NCBI GenBank assembly: GCA_002269645.1
Contig: NIVC01002080.1
Coordinates: 1-64,000, forward strand
Direction: 5' to 3'
Origin: Macrostomum lignano
Lineage: Eukaryota
DNA: 64,000 nt
Below are positions 33,598-46,671 of the stretch, in pieces. Both the position numbers and the translations under genes were made by a program. Numbering within the stretch: position 1 is the stretch's first letter; each line of letters opens with the position of its first letter. The notes below the pieces were generated by a model that worked only from the letters and a program-made list of their open reading frames with translations, searched no databases and was not told where the DNA came from.

Positions 33598-36500
33598 TTG
33601 AGTAGTTGAGCTGCTCTGAAACAGTGCAACAGAGAGGTCTAAAAATACATATTATCCTAGGCTTCAAAGCGAAGAGTATCTCATGTGGAAGTTGCATGCG
33701 ATCAAATTTTGGGATCAGACTGTATCAGAACTGAAATTTTTGTTAAGTATTATGTTTATAACTTATGAAATAAAATTTTTCATAAATTGCAATAGCAATA
33801 GTATACCCATAGCAATCAAAATCTGCTGGACTCTTTATGGATGCCTAATTTTTTGCATTGTCACTGACCCAATAAAATGTCATTTGGCATGATGCACAAT
33901 TGCTAGCTAACCAAGCCAATCCAGTTTGTATAATTTTTTGATAGCCAAATGATAAGTCACTAAATTGATAGCTAAAAATGAAAAGGAAAGGAAAGTATAT
34001 AAGTAGCACAGCAAAGCAAAAAATGCAAAATTAAAAACAAGCAAAAACCAAATAAAAACAAAGTTTCAAAAAGAGTAAACAAAATCCTATTTTCTATCAA
34101 ACTAAGTTGCATAACAAAGTTATTTTAGATATTGCATATATATATATACAATATCTTCCTTAAAAAACAAGTGAATTTGAAAATATTAATATTTTAAGCC
34201 TAGGATAGGACCATTCTATAAGCACTATTAAGGCAAAGAACTTAAGGTTTGTCATCCTAGATGACAAACTTTGGCTAGCAAGTTTTGTAAATAATTAATA
34301 ATACCAACTTTTTAGTCATTTCTACTACTACTAGGCCTATATAACCTCTTGCTTTTCTCTTATAGAAACCTATATAATTACCTAACTACTAAAGAGGTTC
34401 ATGATCTTTATGAGTATTTTTGTAATAATAGAAGCTATCTATATATATATACTATTGTAGTGCAAAAGAATAATCTATTAACCAATGTCCAATGATTTAT
34501 AAAATCTTACTTATATTTTATCTTTTCTAGGCCTATTTGGTGCAATATGAATGATCATGCTTTAGCTGTTGAATAGAATTCTATGAATTACAGTATATAT
34601 AAGCCTATAGAATGACTTGGCACTTCTATTCAAAAGCATACATGCACAACTCCCCTGATTTATACCAGTCATGCGACTTACTTTTTGACCAAAAATGCAA
34701 CTTACCTGTAAAAGAAACCCTAACGCAATTATGGGTAAATGGCAAGAGTAATTATGACTGTCTTATAAGGGCTAAATGCCTTATCATCTAATTAGTACTA
34801 CATCTGTATTCTTTAGGCTGGGCATTTTTGCGACTCACCACAATTTACAGTGGCCAGATCAGCCAGGTCGGCTAGCAGTTGCGCATGTATGTTCAAAAGC
34901 AGTCAAAATAATTTAGACTTAGTTAATAAGACTTGCCAATCAAAATTTGCTAATAGTCAAGTCTAAGTAATCAAAATTTGTTGGTAGTTGAAATAATAGC
35001 AGTCAAAATTCTAGGCCTAGTAGGCCTAGTCAAAAGCCATTAGAAATCAAATTGCAAGTAGTCAAGTTGCTAGCCTAGCAATCAAAAGTTTGACAATCAA
35101 AAGTCCAAAAGTCAAATTAGGGCCTATAATAGGCCCTAATAAAAAGAATTTTTTTTAAGACTTTAACTTTAAAGACCTAAAGAAAAAAAATAGCTATTAC
35201 TGAAATAGAAAACCAACTATCAACACACTCACACTCACACATAGACTCACAAATGTTGATAGTTGGTTTTTTAATTTTTATTCTTATTATTTGCAAAGCA
35301 AGCTCTACCTGATTTCTATTACCGAAATGGCTGTTACTGAAGTCTGAAGTGGATTGTTACTAACCATGGTATATTTCACAACTGAGTTGGGCCTAGCTAA
35401 GTTCTAGCTAATAGCTAGGCCCTAGCTAAACTTAGCAAGGCCTAACAAATAAAAAAATTCAAACTTAAAATTTTACAAGAGACCTAGGCCCTAAACTAGG
35501 CCCTAGTCTCTAGACTAGACCTTGTCAAAGAGTGAGAGTTGATATATTATATAGGCCTAGGACATCATAGGCCTAATTGACATAGTTTTTACGCCTAAGA
35601 AATTTATTCTTTTTAGGTTCCATAGGCCTATTTATACTCATATTCAGCAGGCTTAGGCCTAGGCCTACCCCTTGGCCTATCTAGTATCTATATTTCTCCT
35701 TTGTTTCTTTTTTAATTTTTGTTGAGGTCCTTGGCTTAAGTTCTTTGACAAGCCTTTTATTAGCATGTTGTAGAGATCTAAGACGTTAGGTTTATCAGAT
35801 TAAGTAAGGCAAGCAACCAACTAACCTGATTGCTGAAACATGAAAACAATTTTCAAGAGCCGTGATTTTCATCGGAGAATTTCGGGATCAAGTCAAAAGC
35901 TGTAAGCTGATCTGCCTGATCATTCTGCGTTCTGTCTAAAACTTTTTAATTGCTTTCCCTTAGCAATCAATCTTCTTCATAGAAAATATTTTCAAATACC
36001 TAGGAGTAGTCAAATTTTAAAGAAACATTTTTTGCTTTTTGTTATTTTAAAACGGCATCAAATTTGAGATGCGTGATTTGATTTGTTTTCTGTTTCAAAG
36101 AAAAATCGAGATTCAATTCAATTCCATTCAATTAGGCCTATTCTTATCAGCTTTTAGGTTTAAGTAGAAAAAAAATCGACGTAATAAACGTCCCAATGTG
36201 TTTTAAATAATAGGCCCATAATGATCTTTGCATAGACCTAGTGATCTGATAGTAGTCCTTTGACTTCGGGTAGGGCTATAGCCTGCCTATAGGCCTAGGG
36301 CATAGTTTAAATATCTTGTTGTGTAATCTTTGTTTTTCTTTAGGCCCTAAATAAAGTAATTTGTATTATAAATTTTTTGCTAATTACTTTGTTAAGTTTT
36401 TGCTCATTTTAGAGTCTAGACTAGCCCTACCCCTAGGCCCCTAGCCCCTATTTAATAATAATAATGCAGTCTTATTAGGCTTAGGGGTGCTAGAGCCTTT

Positions 36501-36973
36501 ATCATTTCTACATTTTTATGGAAAAATTTAAGCCCATGCCTATTTTATTTAGGATTGTATTGTAGGCCTAGATAGTTTGCATGCATGATTTTTTTGGAAA
36601 GTTGCAAATGATATATTACTTAAATTAAAAAGCATCGGCTGGCCTAAGACTAATATTTTAATAGGCCCTAGGCCCTAGCTTTTAAAGAAAAAAATGTTAA
36701 TTTATTAGAAATAATTATATAATTATTAATTAAAAAATAATATCATAATTTCTATTTTGCCTATCTAAATATAGCATTTTTGGATTCAATAAAATTCTAT
36801 ACAAAAAAGTAGGGCCTAATATTGGTTATGCAAAATGGCAAGACAATATATAAAATAATGACCATGATGCAAATTTTAGGGCCTATGCCTATATGAAATA
36901 TCATTGTTTTTATTCTATTGCTTGAAAAATCAAGACAAAAGTTTATTATAGGCCTAGTACTTATATTATGATA

Positions 36974-39900
36974 TCCCATATACTAAAAATGAGTTGTCTA
37001 TATCTATCTATCTAGCTATGCGATAGATTTTAGAAAAAATGGCTCAACCGATTTTCTTCAAACTTGCACCATTCAATCAGAAATTTTCCTAGGACAGTAC
37101 ATGCATCTTGGCTAAGAAATTGCTCAATGTTAAAGGGATTAAATATTTGAAAAACCTTTAAACTTTTTTCCTTTTTCAAATAAAAACCTTTTTCAAATAA
37201 AAATATTTGAAAAATAATTGTAAAAATGCAAGAGAAAAAACTGACTAACTGAATTTCAATTGTGATAAAGATTGCATCACAACAAAATGAAAACAGTGTC
37301 GAAAAAATGCATACAAGACTTGAGTGTAATTGCATACCCATATTGCTAACTTGAATTGAGACTGATACTGGCTGACTGAGAAATTGATTATGTCATAACT
37401 TTTTACTCTAACCGACTTGCTATAAGAATTGATTTATAAGGGCCATAATTCATGTTCTCCAATTGAAAACAGATAGCCTAGATGCGAACAGACTGGAATG
37501 CTAATGTAGTGACCTGGGTTCGAATCTTAGTAGTCCAAAATAATTTTTTTATTAAAACACTTGAAAACACAAATGCTAAACATAAAAAAGCACAATGTCA
37601 AACATAGAAGAGCCACCATGTTAAACATTAAAGAGCCACTGTGTCAAAAATAAAAGAGCCACCATGTGACACATAAAAGAGCCACCATGTCAAACATAAA
37701 ATAGCCACCATGCCAAACAAAAAAGAGCCACCATGTTGAACATCAAAGAGCCACCATACCAAAAATGAAAGAGCCACCATGTCAAACATAAAAGGGCCAC
37801 CATATCGAACATTAAAGAGCCACCATGCCAAACATAAAAGAGCCACTATTTCGAACATTAAAGAGCCACCATATAAGACATAAAAGAGCAACCATGTCAA
37901 ACATAAAAGAGCCACCATGTCAAACATATACGTGACTCCATGTCAAACATTTACATGACTCCATGTCAAACATAAAAGAGCCACCATGAAGAACATTAAA
38001 GAGCCACCATGTCAACATTTAAGAGCCACCATGTAAAACATATACGTGACTCCATGACAAACATATATGTGACTCCATTTCAAACATTAAAGAGCCACCA
38101 TGTCAAACATTAAAGAGCCACTATGTCAAACATAAAAAAGCCACTATTTCAAACATAAAACCGCCACCATGTCAAACATGTATGTGACTCCATGCCAAAC
38201 ATTAAAGAGCCACCATGTCAAACATAAAAGAGCCACCACGAAGAACATTAAAGAGCCACTTTGTCGAACATTAGAGAGCCACCATGTCAAACATATTAGA
38301 ACCACCATGTCAGACATTCAAAAGCCACCATATCAACATTAAAGAGCCACCATGTTGAACATTAAAGAGCCACAATATCAAACATTAAAGAGCCAGCATG
38401 TCGAACATTAAAGAGCCACCATGTAAAACATTAAATTGCCACTATGTCAAACATTAAAAGAGTCACCATGTCAAACATTTAGGAGTCACCATGTCAAACA
38501 TTTAGGAGTCACCATGTCAAACACAACATGACTCCATGTCAAACATTAAAGAGCCACCATATCAAATATTAAAAAGCCACCATGTCAAACATAAGAGAGC
38601 CACTATATAAAACATATATGTGACTTTATGTCAAACATAAAGGAGCCACCATGTCGAACTTTTAAAAGCCACCATGTCAAACATTAAACATAAAAGAGAC
38701 ACCATGCCACACATAAGGGAGCCACCATGTCCAACATATACGTGACTCCATGTCAAACATAAAAGAGCCACCATGTCAAACATTAAAGAGCCAGCATGTC
38801 GAACATTAAAGAGCCATCATGTCAGACATAAAAGAGCCACTATGTCGAACATTAAAGAGCCATCATGTCAAACACAAAAAAGCCACCATGTCAAACATAG
38901 AAGAGCCACCAAATAAAACATTAAAGAACCACCATGTTGAACATTAAAGAGCCATCATGTAAGACATAAAAAAGCCATCATGTGAAACATATATGTGACT
39001 CCATGTCAAACATTAAATAGCCATCTTGTTGAACACAAAAAAGCCACCATGTCAAACATTTATGAGCCACCATTTCAAACATAAAAGAGACACCGTTTCA
39101 AACATAAAAAGAAGTGTCATGCCAAACAAAATGGAGCCACTATAAAGCTAAGGATATTGTTGCACTAGCTACTTGTTTTCTGGTGGATGCTTGCTATTTA
39201 AGGATGGATACTTGCTATCAGGGAGATGCTTGCTATTGGAAGGATGCTTGCTACTGGGGTAACTTGCTATTGGGAGATGCTTGCTCTTGGGGGGGGGGGC
39301 TGGAGGGTACTTGCTATCTGAGAGGGGGTTGCTAGATATCTATAAGGTCTCTTTGTATCCAGGTTATGCTTGCTATCTGGGGTTTCTTGCGGTCTGGGGG
39401 ATGCTTGCTATTGCAGGATGCTTGCTATCTGGGGGATGCTTACTATCTGGGGTCTGGGGGAATACTTGCTATCTGGGGATGCTTGCTATCTGGGGTTGTT
39501 TGCTATCGGGGGGATGCTTACTATCTAGGGTTGCTTGCTATTGAGAGTTGCTTGCTATCTAGGGTTGCTTGCTATTGAGAGTTGCTTGCTATCAGGGGGA
39601 TGCTTGCTATTTGGGGGATGCTTGCTATTTGGGGGATGCTTGCTATCTGGGGTTTCTTGCGGTCTGGGGGATGCTTGCTATCGCGGGATGCTTGCTATCT
39701 GGGGGATGCTTACTATCTGGGGTCTGGGGGAATACTTGCTATCTGGGGATGCTTGCTATCTGGGGTTGCTTGCTATTGGGGGGATGCTTACTATCTAGGG
39801 TTGCTTGCTATCGAGGGTTGCTTGCTATCGAGGGTTGCTTGCTATCGGGGGGATGCTTGCTATCTGCGGGATGCTTGCTATCTGGGGGATGCTTACTATC

Positions 39901-40290
39901 TGGGGTCTGGGGGAATGCTTGCTATCTGGGGATGCTTGCTATCTGGGGATGCTTGCTATCTGGGGTTGCTTGCTATCGGGGGGATGCTTACTATCTAGGG
40001 TTGCTTGCTATCAAGGGTTGCTTGCTATCTAGGGTTGCTTGCTATCGAGGGTTGCTTGCTATCGGGGGGATGCTTGCTATCTGGGGGATGCTTGCAGTCT
40101 GGGGGATTCTTGCTATTTGGGGATCGATGCTTGAATGCTGTCTGAGGATGCTTGCTGTCTTGGGATGTTTTGTTTTTAGAGGGAATATCTTTAATTTTTT
40201 ATGAAGGCTTTATTTCGCTGTCTGTTTGTTTTTTATAAAGAACAAGGATTCTATCCAGATGTCCCCCATCGGGGGCAAAGATTGCTAGTA
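36974..40290 (-). mobile_element. Helitron/Helentron-like minisatellite-carrying element, copy 2
   Basis: Reverse complement of copy 1, with the same termini, the same two arrays and the same unique tail. Confidence 0.7.
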
Positions 40291-41680
40291 ATAACCTAAT
40301 TTACTAAACTAATTTTTATGCTTTAATGATGCTTATAATATAATGTCTTAGATTATTGATCAGGTTTAGTTATATAGAAGATTAGCAATATCAAGGGGCC
40401 AAGGCCTTAGCAAAGCCATTTCAAATAATTCCAAATAATATAGTCCAAGTCTAACCAACTTTTACCATGTTTTTTCTATTAAAAACTAGGGCCAAGGCCT
40501 ATTTTTCTCAAATCTTACAATATAAATTTGAAATTTTATTCTAAGACCTAAAAATAATCATTGATGAAAATAATTAGGCCTAGGTCTCTATGCCTCTTTC
40601 TACATTGCTCTGACTGAGCCCTTGACCCAAGTCCCAAATTCCTAGTGTATTATATTGCTATATTCTATTGAATTATATCCAATTTTAGATCAAATTTAAT
40701 TTGTTATGGCTTTAGTAAGTTGGCATCAATCTTAGAAAAAACTAGGCCTAAATAAATTTGGCATAAGGGATTTAATCAAGATGCCATAGCACTTGTATAT
40801 AACAAGAAACCTAGAATTGGACCTAATTTAAGTAGGTATTTGCTTTAGGCGTTCTAGCTTTATTTTAAAGTTTAATAAAAAAGACAAATCCTAAGTTTTC
40901 CTTGGTTATTTATGTGCCTTTTTTGCTTATCCTCCCTAGTTATGCCAGGAAGAAAGGTCAAAGGGGTCATGTCCCTTTTAGCTATGGCCACAAAAATTTG
41001 GGCCATGCTTTTTTGGCTTAATACTATGCTGGGTCTATTTCCCAATATTGGATTATTGTGCTTGTTGTAGCTTGTCCATCCTCTCAAAAATTTTTTGGAG
41101 CCACACCTGAGTTGTGCCTTTAAATAATTATTTTAGATAGTATCTATTTTTTGTTTATAAAATACTAAGGAATATTATTTGAAAGATTGTTATTAGGTAT
41201 TAAAATGCCATATTTTACTTTATTAAACTATAGACTTAGGCTAATAATATATCTAGCAGAAATTTTTTCTATGTTTTTATAAAAACTTAATCTTTCTTAA
41301 TTCAGGAAAAACAGAAAATTAATACCATTATCCTTTAAAGGCTATAGATTTTCTTCAAATTAAATTTGTCAAATTATAACACTAAATAAAGGCATGGGAA
41401 TATTTAAAAACTTTGTCTATATTTTGAATTAGTATATATATAATTGACTTTTTATAGTTTCAATACTCTTGTCTTTCAATTGAAAGCATTTGGGAAAAAT
41501 GTCTAATTTAGTAATTTGGATTAAACTAAATATTATTCTTATTTAAGATTGTCTGATTTTAGGGAAATGTTACAGTCTATAGATCATATCACTTGTATAA
41601 ACATGTAGATATAGCAATATATATAAAATTAAATGCTAAATAGTACTATAATATATGCTGTTCTCCACTTATAATTCTGC

Positions 41681-42394
41681 ATGTTGCACTGTCAGTTGCC
41701 AAGCCTAGCCGCCAAGGCCAACAAGCCATCATGCTTGAGGACAGTCATTCGAGTCTGTCTGGCCAAGCAGTCCAGCCATAGCCAGCAGGCCCCAATCAGT
41801 GCTGAGCAATTACTAGCCAATGGTCCAACCATTGTGCCTGACCTGTTGAAAAATGCCGCCTATTCAAATAGGTTAACAATCTACAAATATAAGTACATCC
41901 TGCCAGTTAACCTTGTGTCCAGCTTTAAAGTAGTTCAGACTGGCAGCGTTTTGCTGCTTTGCACGGGCAATGGGGTTGGTTGGCTGTGTGGCTTTGATAC
42001 CACATCGGCATTTACCTATCTGCTGTCGCTCAGCCTGCTCAGCCTTGGCGTGCTGGCTTACGCTTCCCTTCTGCTTCGCCGCATTGTTGGCGAGCTGTCT
42101 ATTGACGGCCGCAACTCCAACATTGTTTACCTGGCCCACGTCAGCTTCTGGGGCCGGCGGCGTAACCTGGCCGTCCATCGGGACCACTTGGTGTTCACAG
42201 AGGAGTCCGGGCATTTCTCTACGCTGGAGGTGTCGGGCAATTCGTTCCCATTCTATTTGAGCTTGCGGCCGTCGGCTGTTAGGAGCTGCATACCCGATCA
42301 GCTGGAGCAGCTGCTCAAGCCGGAGCTGCGGGTGGCCCAGCTGCTTAAAGAGGCCGCCAATAAGCAGCATCATCAAAAGCGTCAAGGACAGTGA
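41681..42394 (+). CDS. TMEM186: Transmembrane protein 186-like (mitochondrial), single exon, 237 aa
   Basis: TIYKYKYILPVNLVSSFKVVQTG, two hydrophobic helices and LLRRIVGELSID...VYLAHVSFWGRRRN match TMEM186 (MIYRFDAIRTFGFLSRLKLAQTA; FLRRLVGILYLN...LRVAHLNFWGWRQD). Confidence 0.82.
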   Translation: MLHCQLPSLAAKANKPSCLRTVIRVCLAKQSSHSQQAPISAEQLLANGPTIVPDLLKNAAYSNRLTIYKYKYILPVNLVSSFKVVQTGSVLLLCTGNGVGWLCGFDTTSAFTYLLSLSLLSLGVLAYASLLLRRIVGELSIDGRNSNIVYLAHVSFWGRRRNLAVHRDHLVFTEESGHFSTLEVSGNSFPFYLSLRPSAVRSCIPDQLEQLLKPELRVAQLLKEAANKQHHQKRQGQ

Positions 42395-42699
42395 AAGGGT
42401 GCGCTGCATAAGCAAGGCTGGCATTGGCGTGCACTGTCAAAAAATCAAGACGCTGTTGAACTGGTGCGCGCTTGCAAAACAGATGCACCCTAAGATAGTT
42501 CGCGCTTCGGTAGGCGTCCACTTCGATATTTGTCTTTAGTTTCAATGGGTTCAACTTCAAAAACTATAATTTCCACACTTTGTAGAAAGTGACTTACTTC
42601 AGTGAAAGTGTTTCTTTGAATTTAAAATTCTTGTTTAAGGGTATCGTAGTTACTGACGAGTAAAGGACACGCCCGCTCAAGGTTTGTGTCTCTTTTCAA

Positions 42700-42905
42700 C
42701 TCTCTTCTTTCCCCTCCTCTCCCCCACTTTCCTCTCCCCTCTCCTCTCCCCTCTCTCCCATCCTCTCTCCCCTCATTTTCTGTCTCCCGCTCTCCCCTCT
42801 TCCCTCTCCCGTCTCCTCTCTCCCCTCTCCCCTCTCCTCTCTCCACTCTCCCCTCTCCCTTCTCCCCTCTCCCCTCTTTCCTCTCCTCTCTCCCCTCTTC
42901 CCTCT
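42700..42905. repeat. CT-rich low-complexity tract
   Basis: CTCTCCC-type units. Confidence 0.85.
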
Positions 42906-44064
42906 TATCTTTTGACTTTTATCTCATTTTAAGAACTCGGTCGTTTCTACTGGCAACACACATACACGTAATGAGCTTCTATTGGCTAAGAGCAGTCACG
43001 TGACAGCTGCTTTGTCCAATCCAATTGTTTTGTACGCGCGTGTTGTCAGTAGAAACTTCCGAATGAATTCGGAAATTGCGTCTTCGTGTTAACATTGATG
43101 CGCATGCACTGCAGGCTTATTGAAATGCTTCCTCGTATCGCCAGATCCTTGTCTAATCTGTAATTCAATATATTTTAAGGTGCATGGCAAAAACCTGTAT
43201 TGTGTAAAGCAGTTGTCGCGAAAAATACATGTTTCGTGTTCAATATTTCTTGGTTTTCTATTTTAAAGACACAATTGGTATTATGCAATACACTGTTAAC
43301 TTGATTGAGTTTGCAGATCTGCTAACATTTATTTTATAAAAAAGTATTGTCTTATAGAAAAAAAACAGTTGATTGTGTCGATGAATTAATTTATTTGTTA
43401 TGCTGTCACAACAAGAATCAAGTCGGCACCCATTTAAACCGAGTCTATGAATCTTGCTAGCTTGAAAAGAAATCTTGCCGTTTGCACTTTCTCTTCTCCA
43501 GATCAGCATTTCGGCTAGAATTATTAACTGTTGCACGTTTCCTAGCAGTAGCAAAGTTCAGCTGGAAATACATCCTCGCTAGAAAATCTCGCACTCCTGA
43601 ACATTTTTTATTAATGCCAGCTTATTAGGACACTGCATGCGCCTTGCTAATCTTTCAAATGTCATCAGCAAGTCGATGACATCGGCAGTTTTCTTCCTTG
43701 AACTTTTAACAGATGACAGGTCTGACAGCTCTGACGAGATGAAGGCCCCGAAGGAAGCAGTTTCTGGCAAAGCAACTCTTGTCACGTGTTGTGATTGAGA
43801 AGCATCTTTGAGTCCCTCTCGATTCTGGTTTAGTAAGAGGGTTGGAGATGTTCGCTCCAGCCAGGATGTTTTTTCTTCAGAAACTGGGGTGAAAATCTGC
43901 AAGAATCTTTTTCTCTACTCTATCTCTCGCTATCGCTGTCTCCTTCGTTCTGCTTTATTTCTTTTCCTATTTTGCTAAAAATATATAGCAAATTTTAGTT
44001 TCAATATTCCACATGGACAATCTGTAAAAGTTCTCTCAGGACTAGCCCATTTTGCGCTTCGATT

Positions 44065-44660
44065 CTGGACTGGACTAGACCATTTGGTGCTTCGATTCTG
44101 GACTGGACTAGACCATTTGGTGCTTATAAATTCTGGACTGGACTAGACCATTTGGTGCTTATAAATTCTGGACTGGACTGGACCATTTGGTGCTTATAAA
44201 TTCTGGACTGGACTGGACCATTTGGTGCTTATAAATTCTGGACTGGACTAGACCATTTGGTGCTTATATATTCTGGACTGGACTGGACCATTTGGTGCTT
44301 ATAAATTCTGGACTGGACTAGACCATTTGGTGCTTATATATTCTGGACTGGACTGGACCATTTGGTGCTTAGATTCTGGACTGGACTAGACCATTTGGTG
44401 CTTAGATTCCGGACTGGACTAGACCATTTGGTGCTTAGATTCTGGACTGGACTGGACCATTTGGTGCTTAGATTCTGGACTGGACTGGACCATTTGGCGC
44501 TTAGATTCTGGACTGGACTGGACCATTTGGCGCTTAGATTCTGGACTGGACTGGACCATTTGGTGCTTAGATTCTGGACTAGACTGGACCATTTGGCGCT
44601 TAGATTCTGGACTAGACTGGACCATTTGGTGCTTAGATTCTGGACTGGACTGGACCATTT
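44065..44660. repeat. 33/35-bp minisatellite ATTCTGGACTGGACTGGACCATTTGGTGCTTAG
   Basis: About 17 copies; 35-bp variants first, then 33-bp variants. Confidence 0.92.
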
Positions 44661-45689
44661 GTTCGTTATAGCTGCTGGCCTTAGGACTTAAAGTCTCCAT
44701 TCAGCCCTTAGTTGACATTCCCTCTATAGCTAAGCAACAAAACATTCGCGTCATTAAAAGATTAGCATTTGGGTGCTTTTTCCTTTGAAAATGGAAGTTT
44801 GCATCCGTTTTTCGCGCAGCTTTACAGCCAGCGATAAAAAGTTCTAAGAAAAAAGTCTCTTCCGTCTAAGTTCTCGTTGGCTCACTCGTCAATAATGTAG
44901 GAACAGTGTGCGGAGAGTTCGTTCATGCTCCTTGAAGTTTCAGTGCGGGGTGACGCGAGTTGACTTTGAAGGCAAGGTTGAAATGAATTTAGCTCGATTT
45001 GTCGCAAAAGATGCAAAAATTTTCCTGTTCCGCGCTCTTATCTCTTAAAAACAAAACGACCATTTTTTGTAATTAGTAGCTAGCGGTTAATAAAATTAGG
45101 ATTCATCTAATTAAGCTTCCACTCAAGCGCTTTTTGCACCTGCCTAACATTTCGAGGTCAACGACGCATAGATTAGTCTAATTATAGTTTTGTTTATAAT
45201 GCTGTTTATTGTTTGTCATCTTTGTGGCACCTGCGACATTATAATTCGCAGCGTGGTCATCGCATGCTTATTACATTATGAGCTTCATGTATTTTCATTT
45301 GTTGTATCAACGTAATAACCTTAAGCTAGGCCTTAGCTTAACAATTGATAGCATTTTAAAGACTAGGTCAACAACCATATAAAAATTGATATTGGTAAGC
45401 ATTGTCTATATTTAATCATTCAGACAGGTCTAGGAATAGCTACTAATATATGCATGCAAATGGAACTATGCCTACAATAATGGCTTAAGAGTAGCTGTAT
45501 GCAACAATTTTATTACAAAAATTTCACTTTTGTGTATTTACAACTTAGACTTGGACTTATGAAATATAAACAAAATGAAATGGAAATGAAACTTTTACAA
45601 TACAACAGAGTAACATCCTGTGCATGCTAAATTAAAGAAATGGTAATCTTCAGGAAATTTGCCTAAAAACGAAACGATTTTGAGTTTTG

Positions 45690-45925
45690 AGTCGCACGTC
45701 CTGTTATACTCCAGTGGTCCTTGGTAATGCATCAAATTTTCTGGAGTTGTCGAAGTCGGGGGTCTTCCTCGAGCGTCACTCGAACCAGACGAAATTTCGT
45801 CAACCAATCAAACACAGAATTGTTTTTCGCATATGCACTACAGTCAAAGGCTAGTCAAAGTCGCTTAAAGCTTTGCGACTGCGGCAGGCCACTTTTATAG
45901 TCATACTTGAATTAAAAAATCATGG
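45690..45925 (-). pseudogene. Tc1/mariner transposase N-terminal HTH remnant
   Basis: Across frameshifts and stops it reads MIF..YDYKSGL..QSFKRL.LAF....SVFDWLTKFR..RVTLEEDPR / GRPPTSTTPEN, the mariner HTH plus GRP linker. Confidence 0.65.
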
Positions 45926-46556
45926 CTGTCCAGTTGAAGAGTGCCAGTTGCCAGGTAGGTGGACGTTTAGAATCAAATTCTGATGCATACGTAGATTGAT
46001 AGTGCAGCCTTTACATTTGGTTTGTAGGCTCGGAATATCTACATGCTCGTAATTTACCTGGATGTGTGCAATTTTTTTTGCTGCGAATCCTGGATGGCCC
46101 TTAAACTTATTGAACGCCCTCGAAAAACACAATTGCCAAGGAAGTACACGAAGCCATCTGAGCTCTACCGCGGGAGAAAAGCTTCATATGTAATCAACAA
46201 TTAATATTTAAATGCTGAATTTAATGTATTTCGCTTTCTGTGTGCAGCAGAGAAATCTTTAATCAAATTGATAATGAATCATGAATTTCCATGCAATCGA
46301 GCCCGGCCGCTGCTTTGATCGAGTCAAGCTAGACACGCAAATGCGCGAGCACTGTACTGAGGCGGATTTCTCTAGGGACCTCACTGCAGGATCAGCTTCA
46401 TTATCCAATGATTACCAGCCTCTGACTGTCATTGGCCACGATCGTCTGATTGCGAACGCTCTAAAATCAAGATGACACGTCTCTATCGGAGCGTTGCGGA
46501 TGCCTTGCTGGAATTATTATTTTTTCAGGGTCAATACTGTCAGTATCAAAAAATTT

Positions 46557-46671
46557 ATGGACTTGGATATCATTTACCGACTGGAGCACCTGCCAGGAGC
46601 TGATGACGCCAATAATGCAACGTTGGCTGCGCGTGAGCACCTCGGCTTGTGGTTTGTGCGTCATTATCCGA
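46557..46671 (+). CDS. Melatonin-receptor-like class A GPCR, exon 1 (extracellular N-terminus)
   Basis: MDLDIIYRLEHLPGADDANNATLAAREHLGLWFVRHYP with an N-glycosylation sequon (NAT). GTAAGT donor, phase 1, compatible with the next exon. Confidence 0.65.

Noticed and set aside
39114-40204. Repetitive ORFs (MLAIWG.../GDACYL...), also at 18578-19040, 23098-23633, 44362-44700, 52222-52809, 58667-59077 and 59690-59986
   Set aside because: Translations of tandem repeats whose unit lengths happen to avoid stops.
42995-43004. GTCACGTGAC (E-box/CLEAR-like) motif as a defined regulatory site
   Set aside because: A 10-bp palindrome alone cannot be assigned to a gene or factor without expression data; mentioned only as context.
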